A stretch of DNA of 39,201 nt from a virus (IMGVR_UViG_3300033493_000007:1-39201), one strand, 5' to 3'; shown: positions 1 to 8,590, counted from the first letter of the stretch. A program made the numbers and translations. Notes: generated from the letters alone by a model not told the origin.

Positions 1-11
1 AGTTCTCAATG
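1..11. repeat. Terminal 11-bp overlap (AGTTCTCAATG) with 39191-39201; circular or circularly permuted genome
   Basis: Identical 11-mer at both ends; the minus-strand ORF from ATG 690 continues in frame across the join into ORF 38675..39199. Confidence 0.85.
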
Positions 12-690
12 AAAGCAACTTGGCGCTTGAGTTGACGGAACCGTCGGCTACTGAAGTTCCAATCTGGACAACCAGGTCAGAAGCTCCGGTCCCGTTCGTA
101 TTCGAAACGATGGGGGTGATGAGTCCGTCGGTAATCGTCTTCGGACCGGCGCCGAGAACTTGGGCTACGAGATTGACCTTGCCAGCAACGGTAGCCGAAG
201 CGTCTGCAACACTACCTGCTCCAACATCCACCCAATCGACGTTGTTTCGATACTTGAGTGTGTATGAAACTGAATCGTAGTAGACCTGCCCTTCAGTCGG
301 GGTCCCTGGTGCCGAGCCAGGGACGAAGCGGGCATACGGACACGAGACTTCACCCGTAAACGTAGCACCAGCCAGCGCAGCCCTCAAGCCCAGGGCTGTT
401 ACCAAATCCGTCTGATTCGCAAGCGTTCCGGTGATGCTACCCCATACACCTCCACCACCAACACCCAATGGGGCATAAGCTCCACCGTTCGAACTTACTT
501 CTGGGGTGTTGGCGTTGTTCCGGAATCGGATTTCACCTAGCGGGGCTACTGGGGCTGTAGGATCGGAAATGAGTCCAATGGCGGATGGGAACGTTTTGAT
601 CCCGTCTCCCATGACCTGATCGAGCAATGAAACCGCACCACGGATGGTGGCACTTGCGTTCGGGAGCGGACTTGGAGTTGCGGTCGCCAT
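1..690 (-). CDS. 5' part of a ~401-aa fibre-like virion protein spanning the genome join (continues 39190..38675)
   Basis: Manual translation from ATG 690 (MATATPSPLPNASATIRG...KLLSLRT) has no stop down to base 1 and joins the LRTGIGG sequence of ORF 38675..39199; Gly/Ala/Thr-rich; absent from the ORF track. Confidence 0.8.
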   Translation of the reverse strand, partial: MATATPSPLPNASATIRGAVSLLDQVMGDGIKTFPSAIGLISDPTAPVAPLGEIRFRNNANTPEVSSNGGAYAPLGVGGGGVWGSITGTLANQTDLVTALGLRAALAGATFTGEVSCPYARFVPGSAPGTPTEGQVYYDSVSYTLKYRNNVDWVDVGAGSVADASATVAGKVNLVAQVLGAGPKTITDGLITPIVSNTNGTGASDLVVQIGTSVADGSVNSSAKLLSLRT

Positions 691-705
691 AGTAGTTAGG
701 TATCC
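691..705 (-). promoter_or_regulatory. Putative late promoter motif GGATACCTAA, 6 nt before an SD-less ATG
   Basis: Minus strand reads GGA-TACCTA-ACTACT-ATG; motif recurs upstream of several structural genes. Confidence 0.6.
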
Positions 706-711
706 TATCGG

Positions 712-894
712 TTACTGCATCCTTGAAATTGTCGCGTTAGCTTCGGATACCTTAGCCAGGAACTCCGAATACAGAACATCCACCCTCGAAGGGGCTCCGG
801 CTCGCTTGAGGTTGGACAATACTTCCTGGTAAAGTGCTTCGCTTTTCCGCAGTGGATTGATGACATCGAGTACGGCATTCCAAAAGTGTGACAT
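712..894 (-). CDS. Hypothetical protein (60 aa)
   Basis: GGAGG SD before the ATG; packed in the late operon. Confidence 0.65.
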   Translation of the reverse strand: MSHFWNAVLDVINPLRKSEALYQEVLSNLKRAGAPSRVDVLYSEFLAKVSEANATISRMQ

Positions 895-909
895 GTGTTG
901 CCTCCAAAC

Positions 910-1167
910 CTAAGTTTGCGCCTTACCGATCCCCATTGTGTCCAGACGTCGTTCGAGTCGCTCAACAGCCTCAGCGAGCTTCAGTGAAATCGGAAGCACC
1001 TTCTCCAGCAAGTCCGTGTGCTTTTCGTGCAATCGCTGGTTTTGCCAAAATAATCCACATGCGGCTACAATCGCCAACGCGAGGAAGCCATTCGGGGCTG
1101 TCAACACCGTAGCGATGGTTGCCGGATCGACCTGGGCAAGAACTGGAATGTGGTGGAGAGTGAACAT
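910..1167 (-). CDS. Small membrane protein, holin-like candidate
   Basis: One hydrophobic helix (GFLALAIVAACGLFW) followed by a coiled-coil-like charged tail; function inferred. Confidence 0.5.
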   Translation of the reverse strand: MFTLHHIPVLAQVDPATIATVLTAPNGFLALAIVAACGLFWQNQRLHEKHTDLLEKVLPISLKLAEAVERLERRLDTMGIGKAQT

Positions 1168-1179
1168 GGATTGTCTTTC

Positions 1180-2922
1180 TTACGGTCCGTACTTAAGTTG
1201 TGCGAACGAGAGACTAGTTGAGTTAACGACGACGGGTCCTGGCGTAATGAGTTGCCAAGTGTGCGCTGAGTTCTTTACTTGGTCATTCATCCGCCACACG
1301 AAGTAGCGGTCCCCAATTTTCGGGGCAGACGGATCGCCAGGGAACACACCGTACTGATTCACTCGAACACTATATGTATTCACCTTTGCGCCATCGCCCA
1401 TGCAGGTCAAGAAGTCGCCTGGACGGACATCGCTCCATTGTTCTCCGTTGATGTCGACGAACATGTTGTAAATATCGGCGGCACAAACGCGAGCCGTTGC
1501 AATCGCACCGCTGGTGGCGCGAAGGACCAGATAGCGGTCGCCATAGACAGGGGTAACTGGTAGAGTCGCCGGAGCGGTTACAACCGTCGACTTTAGGACC
1601 TGGTAGGCGCCGTTTTGACATCCAACAATCAAGTCACCTACCTGCAGGGCTCCCCACATGGCGTGAGTAGGACTGGTCGTAATGGATACGTAAGCGTGGC
1701 TATATTGACGAATCGGAGCCGGTGTGATCGCACTAGGTGTCCTCCAAACGAGGTATCTATCGCCGATGGTCGGAGTGTAACCGCCGCTTCCGGCAAAACT
1801 ACCGTTGGTGGTCACTTGGTGCGACACGATGGTTGTCCATGTGCCAGCATTGAAGTTTGTAATCCAATCTCCGACCAAAACCCCGCCCCATTCCAACGTA
1901 GGCGACACGCTAGTGGCTATGATCTCCAACACCACGTCGCGCTTCGAGGCGATAGTGAAGCTGTCACCCGATTCAACGAAGCAGTGACTTCCGGTTGTCA
2001 ATTGACCGTCTACCGCATCTGAGCGCCGAGTTAGGACCCAGGGTGCACTTCCACTACCGACCGACGTAACTACGTAAATGCCGTTGTTGGCTCCAGTCAC
2101 TTCATTCTTGACCAATACCGGATCATTCGCTAGCAAGGTAACGCCGTCAATAGCCGGGAGCACCCCTACAGCCGATGCCGTCAATACGTCGTCGGTCCGA
2201 GTGTTGGTGGGCAACGGATAAACCGTAGCCGCGCGCACGCTCGCTTTAGCTGTAATAACCGGGATGATCGAATCGGTATAGGCACGAGCATCCGTAAGTG
2301 CTTCAACAATTGCGGATTGGACAGTGGTTGATGCGATTGTATCGGCTGGGGTAAAGGTGACGTGACCCGCATCCATATCGAATACGGAAAACTGCTGAAA
2401 ATTTAAGGATGTTACGTTGAGGGTGATCGGGTCTGGTGTCTGCAAGAACCAACCTTGACCTGCATGAGCACCAAACGTCGCTACCGTATACATCCCAGGC
2501 GTTACTTCGCCTGTCAACGGTGTGTTGTCCGCATCCCAACTACGAGTCATCGACCATCGGGTGCTAGGCGAGCCAATCGAGTCAACGGTGTAGATGCCAT
2601 TATTGGCGCCCAGCACTTCATTCTTGACCAACACTCGGTTGCCCGCGGAGGGCACAAACGACGTATCGATGTCGGGCAATGCGCCATCAGCATCGGCAGT
2701 CAAAACGTTGCCAGTCCGAGTGTTGGCGGGCAACGGCGCGAACGTAGCTGCATCAACGGCGGTTTTGGGATCGAGTCCCGCCGCAACCGTATCTGAGTAT
2801 GTTCGTGCATCGACCAGAGCCTCAACAATCGCAGCCTGGACTGTGGTAGCTGTGATGGTATCGGCGGGAGTGAAGAGAATTTGAGCCGAAGTGGGTGTCT
2901 GAGGTACTAGTCGGATAGGCAT
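1180..2922 (-). CDS. Repeat-containing virion/fibre protein
   Basis: Two copies of the FTPADTI...VLVKNEV.GANNGIY.V module plus three W..(V/L)..GD...P..GDRY.V.R repeats. Confidence 0.7.
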   Translation of the reverse strand: MPIRLVPQTPTSAQILFTPADTITATTVQAAIVEALVDARTYSDTVAAGLDPKTAVDAATFAPLPANTRTGNVLTADADGALPDIDTSFVPSAGNRVLVKNEVLGANNGIYTVDSIGSPSTRWSMTRSWDADNTPLTGEVTPGMYTVATFGAHAGQGWFLQTPDPITLNVTSLNFQQFSVFDMDAGHVTFTPADTIASTTVQSAIVEALTDARAYTDSIIPVITAKASVRAATVYPLPTNTRTDDVLTASAVGVLPAIDGVTLLANDPVLVKNEVTGANNGIYVVTSVGSGSAPWVLTRRSDAVDGQLTTGSHCFVESGDSFTIASKRDVVLEIIATSVSPTLEWGGVLVGDWITNFNAGTWTTIVSHQVTTNGSFAGSGGYTPTIGDRYLVWRTPSAITPAPIRQYSHAYVSITTSPTHAMWGALQVGDLIVGCQNGAYQVLKSTVVTAPATLPVTPVYGDRYLVLRATSGAIATARVCAADIYNMFVDINGEQWSDVRPGDFLTCMGDGAKVNTYSVRVNQYGVFPGDPSAPKIGDRYFVWRMNDQVKNSAHTWQLITPGPVVVNSTSLSFAQLKYGP

Positions 2923-2931
2923 GGAGTTCTC

Positions 2932-4527
2932 TTAGTTGGTCGAGGTGAAAATTTCGAGATACTGAGCACCGGCAACTACACCAGTCTTGCGAACGTACAC
3001 GCTCGACCGGGTGTGATCGGCATACTCGATGCCGGCTGTCGCGCTGCCAGCAACGCCTAGTTGAATCGGATTGATGCCATCGAAGCTGATTTCAACTGCG
3101 TATGGAGCCAGGTTCACAAAGTCTTGACATTTCGGCGAATATCCGAACGGGACTTCCGTAAACGAAGTCAGACCCGAGACATCAACATGGTGGTAGCGGT
3201 CGGTACAAGGGACCGTCGTCAAAGTGACTTCACCTGTAGCTCGTGGAGTTCCTGGGATACTGGCGCTGGTGGCAGTATGCGTAACGTTGATTCCGTTGCC
3301 AACAAGGGCTGTCGCGAGTCCTGTTGCACTGACAGAGATGTTGCCGGGCATGCTCGAGGTCCAGGCTGCGGTCGCCGCTACGTTGGCGGTTGAGCCGTCT
3401 TGGTAAGTCGCCGTAGCAACAAGCTGTTGAGTCGTCCCTACCACAAGTGCAACCGTCGGAGTCACTACAATGCCAACGATGGCACCCTTGGTCGAGGTCA
3501 CCGTCGTATGACCTTCAACTGCGCCAACTGTAGCACCAACAACCGCGGTACCATCGCTAACTCCCGTCACAAGCCCAGTGTGGAGTCCTACAGTCGCATG
3601 AGCCGAGTCCGAAGCCCAATCCGCAGTCGTAGTCAGTACCACCGTGCTGGCATCCGTATACGTCCCTACAGCCGCCATCTGGACCGTTTGCCCGTTGATT
3701 ACGGTAGGCGAAGCGGGTGTCACTACAATCGAAACCAGTTCAGCCGCGGTCACGGTCATAACAGTTGTAGGAGCGCTGATGGCGCCTAGAACCGCGGAAA
3801 TCGTTGCAGTCCCGGCTGAAGCCGCTGTGGCAAGCCCGGTGTGCAGCGGAACTGTCACGTTGGCAGAGCTCGAACCCCACGAAACCGAAGTCGTCAAGTC
3901 TGCAGTGCTCGTATCCTCGTATGTTCCAGTAGCCGCGAATTGCTGGGTAAGCCCCTTCGCCTTCGAGGGTGAACTCGGCGTGATTGCAATGCTCACAAGG
4001 TCATTGTGGACCGCATATCCAAGAGTGTCAGACACGAGACCAAGGGTTGCCGTCACAACAGTTGCGCCTACCGAAACGGAACTTACAAGACCTGTATGAA
4101 GACCAACAGTCGCCACTCCAGGAACACTCGATGTCCAATCGACCGAAGTCGTCAGGTCCGCCGTGCTCGAATCCTCGTAGGTGCCAGTGGCGGTGTATTG
4201 CTCGGTTCCACCAAGGATGTCGGATTGCGAAGCCGAAGTCACATCAATAGAAACCAGAGATCCAATGCCCGAGGTTACTGTTTGGCTACCAACAATGGCT
4301 CCGGAGGTCGCCGTAATGAGCGAAGTACCAGTGGCAACGCCAGTCACGAGACCGGTATTGAGACCAACCGTAGCGCTCCCCGGAGTTCCAGACGTCCAAT
4401 CAACTGAAGTCGTGATGTCGGCTTGGGTATCGTCATCGTAAACGCCGATGGCTTGGAGCTGAGTTGTAAGTCCATTGATGACAGTCGGGTTCAGCGGAAG
4501 AACGATGATATCTGTTAGAATAGCCAT
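2932..4527 (-). CDS. Ig-like (Big_2) repeat virion protein
   Basis: Five ~87-aa repeats (L.SI.VTP...G.T.Q..A.GTY.D.ST.DLT....W.S....TV...TGL) typical of bacterial Ig-like group 2 domains. Confidence 0.85.
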   Translation of the reverse strand: MAILTDIIVLPLNPTVINGLTTQLQAIGVYDDDTQADITTSVDWTSGTPGSATVGLNTGLVTGVATGTSLITATSGAIVGSQTVTSGIGSLVSIDVTSASQSDILGGTEQYTATGTYEDSSTADLTTSVDWTSSVPGVATVGLHTGLVSSVSVGATVVTATLGLVSDTLGYAVHNDLVSIAITPSSPSKAKGLTQQFAATGTYEDTSTADLTTSVSWGSSSANVTVPLHTGLATAASAGTATISAVLGAISAPTTVMTVTAAELVSIVVTPASPTVINGQTVQMAAVGTYTDASTVVLTTTADWASDSAHATVGLHTGLVTGVSDGTAVVGATVGAVEGHTTVTSTKGAIVGIVVTPTVALVVGTTQQLVATATYQDGSTANVAATAAWTSSMPGNISVSATGLATALVGNGINVTHTATSASIPGTPRATGEVTLTTVPCTDRYHHVDVSGLTSFTEVPFGYSPKCQDFVNLAPYAVEISFDGINPIQLGVAGSATAGIEYADHTRSSVYVRKTGVVAGAQYLEIFTSTN

Positions 4528-4568
4528 GGGAAGAAGTTCCTTAGGGGAATGACGCGGAGCGCCTACAG

Positions 4569-4580
4569 GTTAGGTATCGG
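4569..4580 (-). promoter_or_regulatory. Putative late promoter motif CCGATACCTAAC
   Basis: Overlaps the stop of the Mu F-like gene; ~40 nt upstream of the SD-led Ig-repeat gene. Confidence 0.55.
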
Positions 4581-5364
4581 ACGTAGAAGGCTCTGTGCTG
4601 TATTCGGATATGACGGGCTCAGGGAAGCAACGGCAGTTTGGAGTTTCCCCGGGGTGTCCTTCTTCTGGGTCGCCATCGCCTAGCCACGAAAATTGTTGCC
4701 CGTCCAATGCGGCATGTGAATCGCGGACCTTGGAGTCATTCATTGTTCGCCAAATGTATTCAGTGGCACCTAGGTCGACTTGGCGGGTTTTGTTGAGTTC
4801 CGTGTTGAAGTGAGCAATTTCAGTCCGGGCAATTGTTTCTGCCCGTGAGTCAGTAGCTTGAAGGCGTTCTTCAATGACATCGACCAGCTCTTCCCATCGT
4901 GCGCCTTGTTCGATTTTGGGAGCGAGTTCGGCTTTGAGTTGTTCAAATAGATCGTCCGAAATGGCATCAACGTAGGTATTCGTCTTGAGAGACCATCTGC
5001 GGACTTCTTCTTGGACCCAAGCCTCTTTGCCGATGTCATCCGGGGCATCGACGAATCGTTTGGCGAGGTGCTTACCTCCAAAGAGAGAAGTTTCGCGACC
5101 AACCCCTTGGAGTTCTTTAAGGGCGTTCTTTTTATCCCACATTTGGGAGACCATCGACCTGGCGTCCTTAATGGCGTCACTCAAGTCATCGAGGACGGCA
5201 TCGGTTGAACGCGCAGCCTGGATGTCAATATAAGGCATCACATATTGATAGATAGCTTGACGGACGAGATCTAATTTCAGGTTCAAAAGCCGAAGATAAC
5301 GCCCAGCTTGAGCATCTGGGTGAACTGGTCGGAATTTCTTCTTGAAAAGTCTGGGGCGGATCAT
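4570..5364 (-). CDS. Head morphogenesis protein (Mu gpF / SPP1 gp7 family)
   Basis: RAETIARTE, YIWRTMNDSKVRDSH and HPGETPNCRC motifs; directly after the portal. Confidence 0.9.
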   Translation of the reverse strand: MIRPRLFKKKFRPVHPDAQAGRYLRLLNLKLDLVRQAIYQYVMPYIDIQAARSTDAVLDDLSDAIKDARSMVSQMWDKKNALKELQGVGRETSLFGGKHLAKRFVDAPDDIGKEAWVQEEVRRWSLKTNTYVDAISDDLFEQLKAELAPKIEQGARWEELVDVIEERLQATDSRAETIARTEIAHFNTELNKTRQVDLGATEYIWRTMNDSKVRDSHAALDGQQFSWLGDGDPEEGHPGETPNCRCFPEPVISEYSTEPSTSDT

Positions 5365-6654
5365 TTACTCGCCCTTGATCATCATTTTGGCATCAAGGAA
5401 TTCAGCGAGCAACGGATTGGCTTTGGAAGCCTCACGCATTTCATCGCCAGACATAGCACCAGATTCGATGAGTAGAGCCATTGTTTGGGCAAGAATGAGG
5501 AATTTCTCTTGCTCCGACTTCTTGGTGGCTTCCATCTCGGATGCACTCGGGCTCCACAATGGCGCGAACTCGAAGTGGGGGACGTCTACACCAAGTTCAA
5601 CCGATATCACTTCCAGGAGGCGTGTCAGGGCTGGGCGTATGACTTGGTCTTGCTGACCGTGACAGAATGTGTAGTAATTTTCTAGTTCAGTTCCTCCTTG
5701 CGAGTGGAGCCCGCCGGGGGACTCCCCCAGGAGGATGACTTGTGGAATTCTGGTTTGGGTCGACAGGAAGAGACCTACGCGGTCCACCAGTTCAGGGAGA
5801 CCAGACACCGATTGAGTCGTGGCTGCAATAGTTTCATTGTCTTTGTCGATGAGATAAGAACGAATTGCACTGGCGCCCATCTCAAGTTGCATCAGGCGCT
5901 TGTTGAAAACTTGTCCGTTGTCCTGAGCGAGTTTGGTCATCAGCCCGGAAACGGAATGGACCCGGATGCCCCACTGTTCGGCAATGGCTTCAATGTGATC
6001 GTGGATTGCGTCGAAGTTGAAAATCGCCTGTTTGCATCCTTCGAACACGCTCGGACCAAAACACGAGTTCGACATGGTCTGCGAAGGACCCGAAGACGGC
6101 TGGGCAAAGATGAGGCACCGGCTGTAGTGGACTCGGAACGAAGGGGCTCCGGTCGCTGGGCTGACCATGAACGTAACAGGCTTGCCGTAGTTGCGGCTGG
6201 TCGGATTCATCTCGAGCGCCCAACTGGAACACTCGGACCGATCGAACTTGGTCAAACAGTGAAGGATGGGCTTGGCGGGCATCGATAAAGCAAGTTGGTC
6301 CGGGCGGTCAATCGCGTCCTCGGTCACCATCACCAGCAACGAGCCACCGGTCATTCTGCACGCCCGAGTGGCGCCCAGGAACTGTGGCTTGGTGTCAAGT
6401 TCTTTGATCTTGGTGTGGAAGAGCGATTCAGTTTTGGGATCATCGAACTTGAAGTCAATCCAGTTACGGATCATATCTTCGGCTGGTCGGTCAACAATGA
6501 CACCAGCGGTTCTGCTTCCCTCCCATAGCCGACGAGCCTCATCCGGCTGCATCGTTGGAGATCGAACTGCGCTGTACTCCCGGCGGTCGCGTTCTGTGCC
6601 GACGCCCGTGAGCGCATTGGTGAGGGAGTCTTGGCTAAGTTCGATTTGGTCCAT
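5365..6654 (-). CDS. Portal protein (DUF1073-like)
   Basis: 429 aa with IVDRPAEDMIRNW, VHYSRCL, IPQVILLGESPGG, NYY and FAPLW motifs; precedes the Mu F-like gene. Confidence 0.85.
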   Translation of the reverse strand: MDQIELSQDSLTNALTGVGTERDRREYSAVRSPTMQPDEARRLWEGSRTAGVIVDRPAEDMIRNWIDFKFDDPKTESLFHTKIKELDTKPQFLGATRACRMTGGSLLVMVTEDAIDRPDQLALSMPAKPILHCLTKFDRSECSSWALEMNPTSRNYGKPVTFMVSPATGAPSFRVHYSRCLIFAQPSSGPSQTMSNSCFGPSVFEGCKQAIFNFDAIHDHIEAIAEQWGIRVHSVSGLMTKLAQDNGQVFNKRLMQLEMGASAIRSYLIDKDNETIAATTQSVSGLPELVDRVGLFLSTQTRIPQVILLGESPGGLHSQGGTELENYYTFCHGQQDQVIRPALTRLLEVISVELGVDVPHFEFAPLWSPSASEMEATKKSEQEKFLILAQTMALLIESGAMSGDEMREASKANPLLAEFLDAKMMIKGE

Positions 6655-6670
6655 GATGTTTTGGTATCGC
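6655..6670 (-). promoter_or_regulatory. Putative late promoter GCGATACCAAAA before a leaderless portal ATG
   Basis: GCGA-TACCAA-AACATC-ATG; no SD sequence. Confidence 0.6.
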
Positions 6671-6671
6671 T

Positions 6672-6744
6672 AAAAAGTGAGGGCTGGCGGCGACGGATCA
6701 CGTAACTTGGTTCCAGGCTTATGCTGGAGCCGCCATCGCCCTCT
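6672..6744 (-). ncRNA. Candidate structured small RNA (~70 nt)
   Basis: GAGGGC/GCCCTC and TGGCGGC/GCCGCCA closing stems, TCCAG/CTGGA hairpin, 3' T-run; starts 6 nt after a late-promoter motif. Confidence 0.5.
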
Positions 6745-6760
6745 ATCGTTTAGGTATCGC
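6745..6760 (-). promoter_or_regulatory. Putative late promoter GCGATACCTAAAC
   Basis: Full motif copy between the GIY-YIG gene stop and the structured element. Confidence 0.6.
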
Positions 6761-7507
6761 TTACGATCTGAACGTATTACCAACGACGACATCGTGGATC
6801 ACACAAGTGCCAACACCATATTCCCTGGCGAGATTCTTCTGTTTGATCCCATGCTTGGCTAGGAGGCGAATCTCTCGTGCTTGCTCGTTGGTGAGTTTGC
6901 AAAACTTTGAGGCGTCGTTACAGAGCTTGGCTCCGAGGTTCTTGTAGTATCGGTATACATTGTACTCAGCCTGTTGTGCCTCTGGTTTGCCACCCTTGAC
7001 TCGAAAGACTTCCTGGATGGTAACTTTGTGACCAGCGGCTTCCAGGTCGCGGATGACCTTGCGGGTAGGACGAGGCGCATTCCGGTGCAACGACAAGCGG
7101 GTTGCCAGTCGATTGCGGCTGACCCCGATGTAAATAGGAAGCGTCTGGAAGTCAGCAAAGAGCCCGTAGACTCGGTAGATCGGCTTGGTGATTCTCTTTG
7201 CGGGATTCTTCTTCTCCGTGACAGGAATCTCGGCTACGACGCATCGGCATTGAGGATGGATTTCCAGATAGCGGTTGAGGACTTCGGTTCCGGACATCGC
7301 CATGAGGGTCTTGAAGTCCGGCTTGGATGCCGTGGTAGGGCTAGGAACGACGTTCTCTTGTTCGGCTGGAGAAGACTCCTCTTGAGCCACAAGTTGGTCC
7401 TGGAGGCTCTCAAGGCACGATTCCAGGAAAGCGTGAGGATCTACATCTGAGGGGAGTTCAACTCCGAGATTGGCGGCGATTTCTTTGTACGATGTTGGGG
7501 TTTGCAT
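6761..7507 (-). CDS. GIY-YIG-like endonuclease with C-terminal HTH
   Basis: VYGL...IYIGVS...RLSLH...AE motif; C-terminal KLTNEQAREIR...QKNLAREYGV HTH. Confidence 0.7.
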   Translation of the reverse strand: MQTPTSYKEIAANLGVELPSDVDPHAFLESCLESLQDQLVAQEESSPAEQENVVPSPTTASKPDFKTLMAMSGTEVLNRYLEIHPQCRCVVAEIPVTEKKNPAKRITKPIYRVYGLFADFQTLPIYIGVSRNRLATRLSLHRNAPRPTRKVIRDLEAAGHKVTIQEVFRVKGGKPEAQQAEYNVYRYYKNLGAKLCNDASKFCKLTNEQAREIRLLAKHGIKQKNLAREYGVGTCVIHDVVVGNTFRS

Positions 7508-7540
7508 TTGTTCTTCCTTTTCTGCGTGGTTGCTGCGGTG

Positions 7541-7744
7541 TTACTTTAACTGTTTATGTGCGGTGCCGAGCTTCTTGTTGCCGAGATGATTCTTGATGAA
7601 TGCCGACTTCGTATGCAGATGCCAATCGGCTTTGAACTCGTCTGTATCGGAAATCAGGGATTCGATCTCCGGGTCTAGTTCAAATGTGGTTTCGTGAAGG
7701 TCTGTGTAAGAATCGATGTAACGTTCTACGTCAAGGTATTCCAT
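7541..7744 (-). CDS. Hypothetical acidic protein (67 aa)
   Basis: ORF colinear with the downstream minus-strand genes; no recognised motif. Confidence 0.5.
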   Translation of the reverse strand: MEYLDVERYIDSYTDLHETTFELDPEIESLISDTDEFKADWHLHTKSAFIKNHLGNKKLGTAHKQLK

Positions 7745-7878
7745 GGTCTGGCTCCATTCGTTTTTGCTACTGATCCAGTTATACCATGGTCGTTGGCGAT
7801 GTTTAACGCAGGTCCGTAGAGCCGTGCGATGTGTATACTGGCTAGTGCTGGTTGGCGTCCCGAATTCCGGGAACGCGT

Positions 7879-7906
7879 GGGACGGGACGGGACGGGACGG
7901 GACGGG
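7879..7906 (+). repeat. (GGGAC)5GGG tandem repeat, canonical G-quadruplex motif
   Basis: Six GGG tracts separated by AC. Confidence 0.85.
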
Positions 7907-7958
7907 AAAGGCGGGACGCGTTGGGGGATTATTAAGTCGACTAATGCCTAGTATGTAA

Positions 7959-8302
7959 AGTGGAGGCAGACACGAAAAAGTGCTCCAAACTTCTGGCGAG
8001 ATCCTTGGAGCCCCTCAAACAACGCATCCTACCCCCAAAATCGAGCGCGCCGAATGTTGGGTCTTGGACCTCCACTGCCTCCACTTTTGATCTTAAATAA
8101 TACAATAATAACAACTAACAACAACAACGTCAAGGGGTTACCCCAAGCCCCCGCGAGTGGAAGGACCCTGTGGTAGGAACAGTGGAGTGACGGGAGAAAC
8201 GACAGACCAACCACATACTTCATGAGAATTCTCACAGAAATATTGTCTTTGTTGAAGTCCAAATTTTCGACCCCAGAATTCACCTCCACTCCTCCACTCC
8301 TC
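7959..8302. other. Putative replication origin: CCTCCACT octamer repeats around an A/T- and AAC-rich tract
   Basis: Octamer at 8069, 8078, 8283, 8291 (direct) and 7959 (inverted), near-copy at 8181; A-rich tract 8085-8128; upstream of the primase-helicase. Confidence 0.45.
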
Positions 8303-8368
8303 TGTTCGATACATTTTGGCGCACCCAATGGTTAGTTCGTGGGCGTTGTTAAGGTCCAAGTGCACGCA

Positions 8369-8377
8369 TGGTACAAT
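8369..8377 (+). promoter_or_regulatory. Extended -10 promoter (TGgTACAAT) for the primase-helicase operon
   Basis: TGn-TACAAT ~210 nt upstream of ATG 8591. Confidence 0.45.
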
Positions 8378-8478
8378 GAGGATGTTGGTGGCGATGAGCC
8401 ACAACACTTAGTGTAGGGCGGGTTGGTCGCAAAATTGAATTTCATGATCGTCAGTCTCGCGCAAGTTGAGACGGGTCA

Positions 8479-8590
8479 CTCCAGACGAGAGGTACTACCT
8501 ACCCCTTTTCGACTCGTCTGGAGAGCCTTTTCGAAAAGGGTAGGAATGCTGTACAGAGGCGTCGAAAACCTCTGCGAAAGGTAGCACACA
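8479..8590 (+). promoter_or_regulatory. Structured 5' leader with interleaved inverted repeats
   Basis: 8479-8489/8513-8523 (11 bp perfect), 8498-8512/8531-8544 (14 bp plus a bulge), hairpin 8554-8574. Confidence 0.55.

Noticed and set aside
5365-6654. Anti-CBASS annotation sometimes attached to DUF1073-like proteins
   Set aside because: Size, motifs and position before the Mu F-like gene indicate a portal
6725-6744. Fluoride (crcB) riboswitch because of GGCGATGG
   Set aside because: No nearby TCGCC partner for P1 and no CUGAUG/CUAAUG 3' element; the downstream gene is a portal
6672-6744. tRNA or self-cleaving ribozyme
   Set aside because: No T-loop/D-loop consensus, hammerhead core (CUGANGA/GAAA) or HDV-like topology could be assigned
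7743-8407. Short ORFs in the central intergenic region (7743..7958, 8029..8328, 8138..8407)
   Set aside because: They translate repeats and low-complexity tracts and lack SDs; the region is better explained as regulatory/origin DNA
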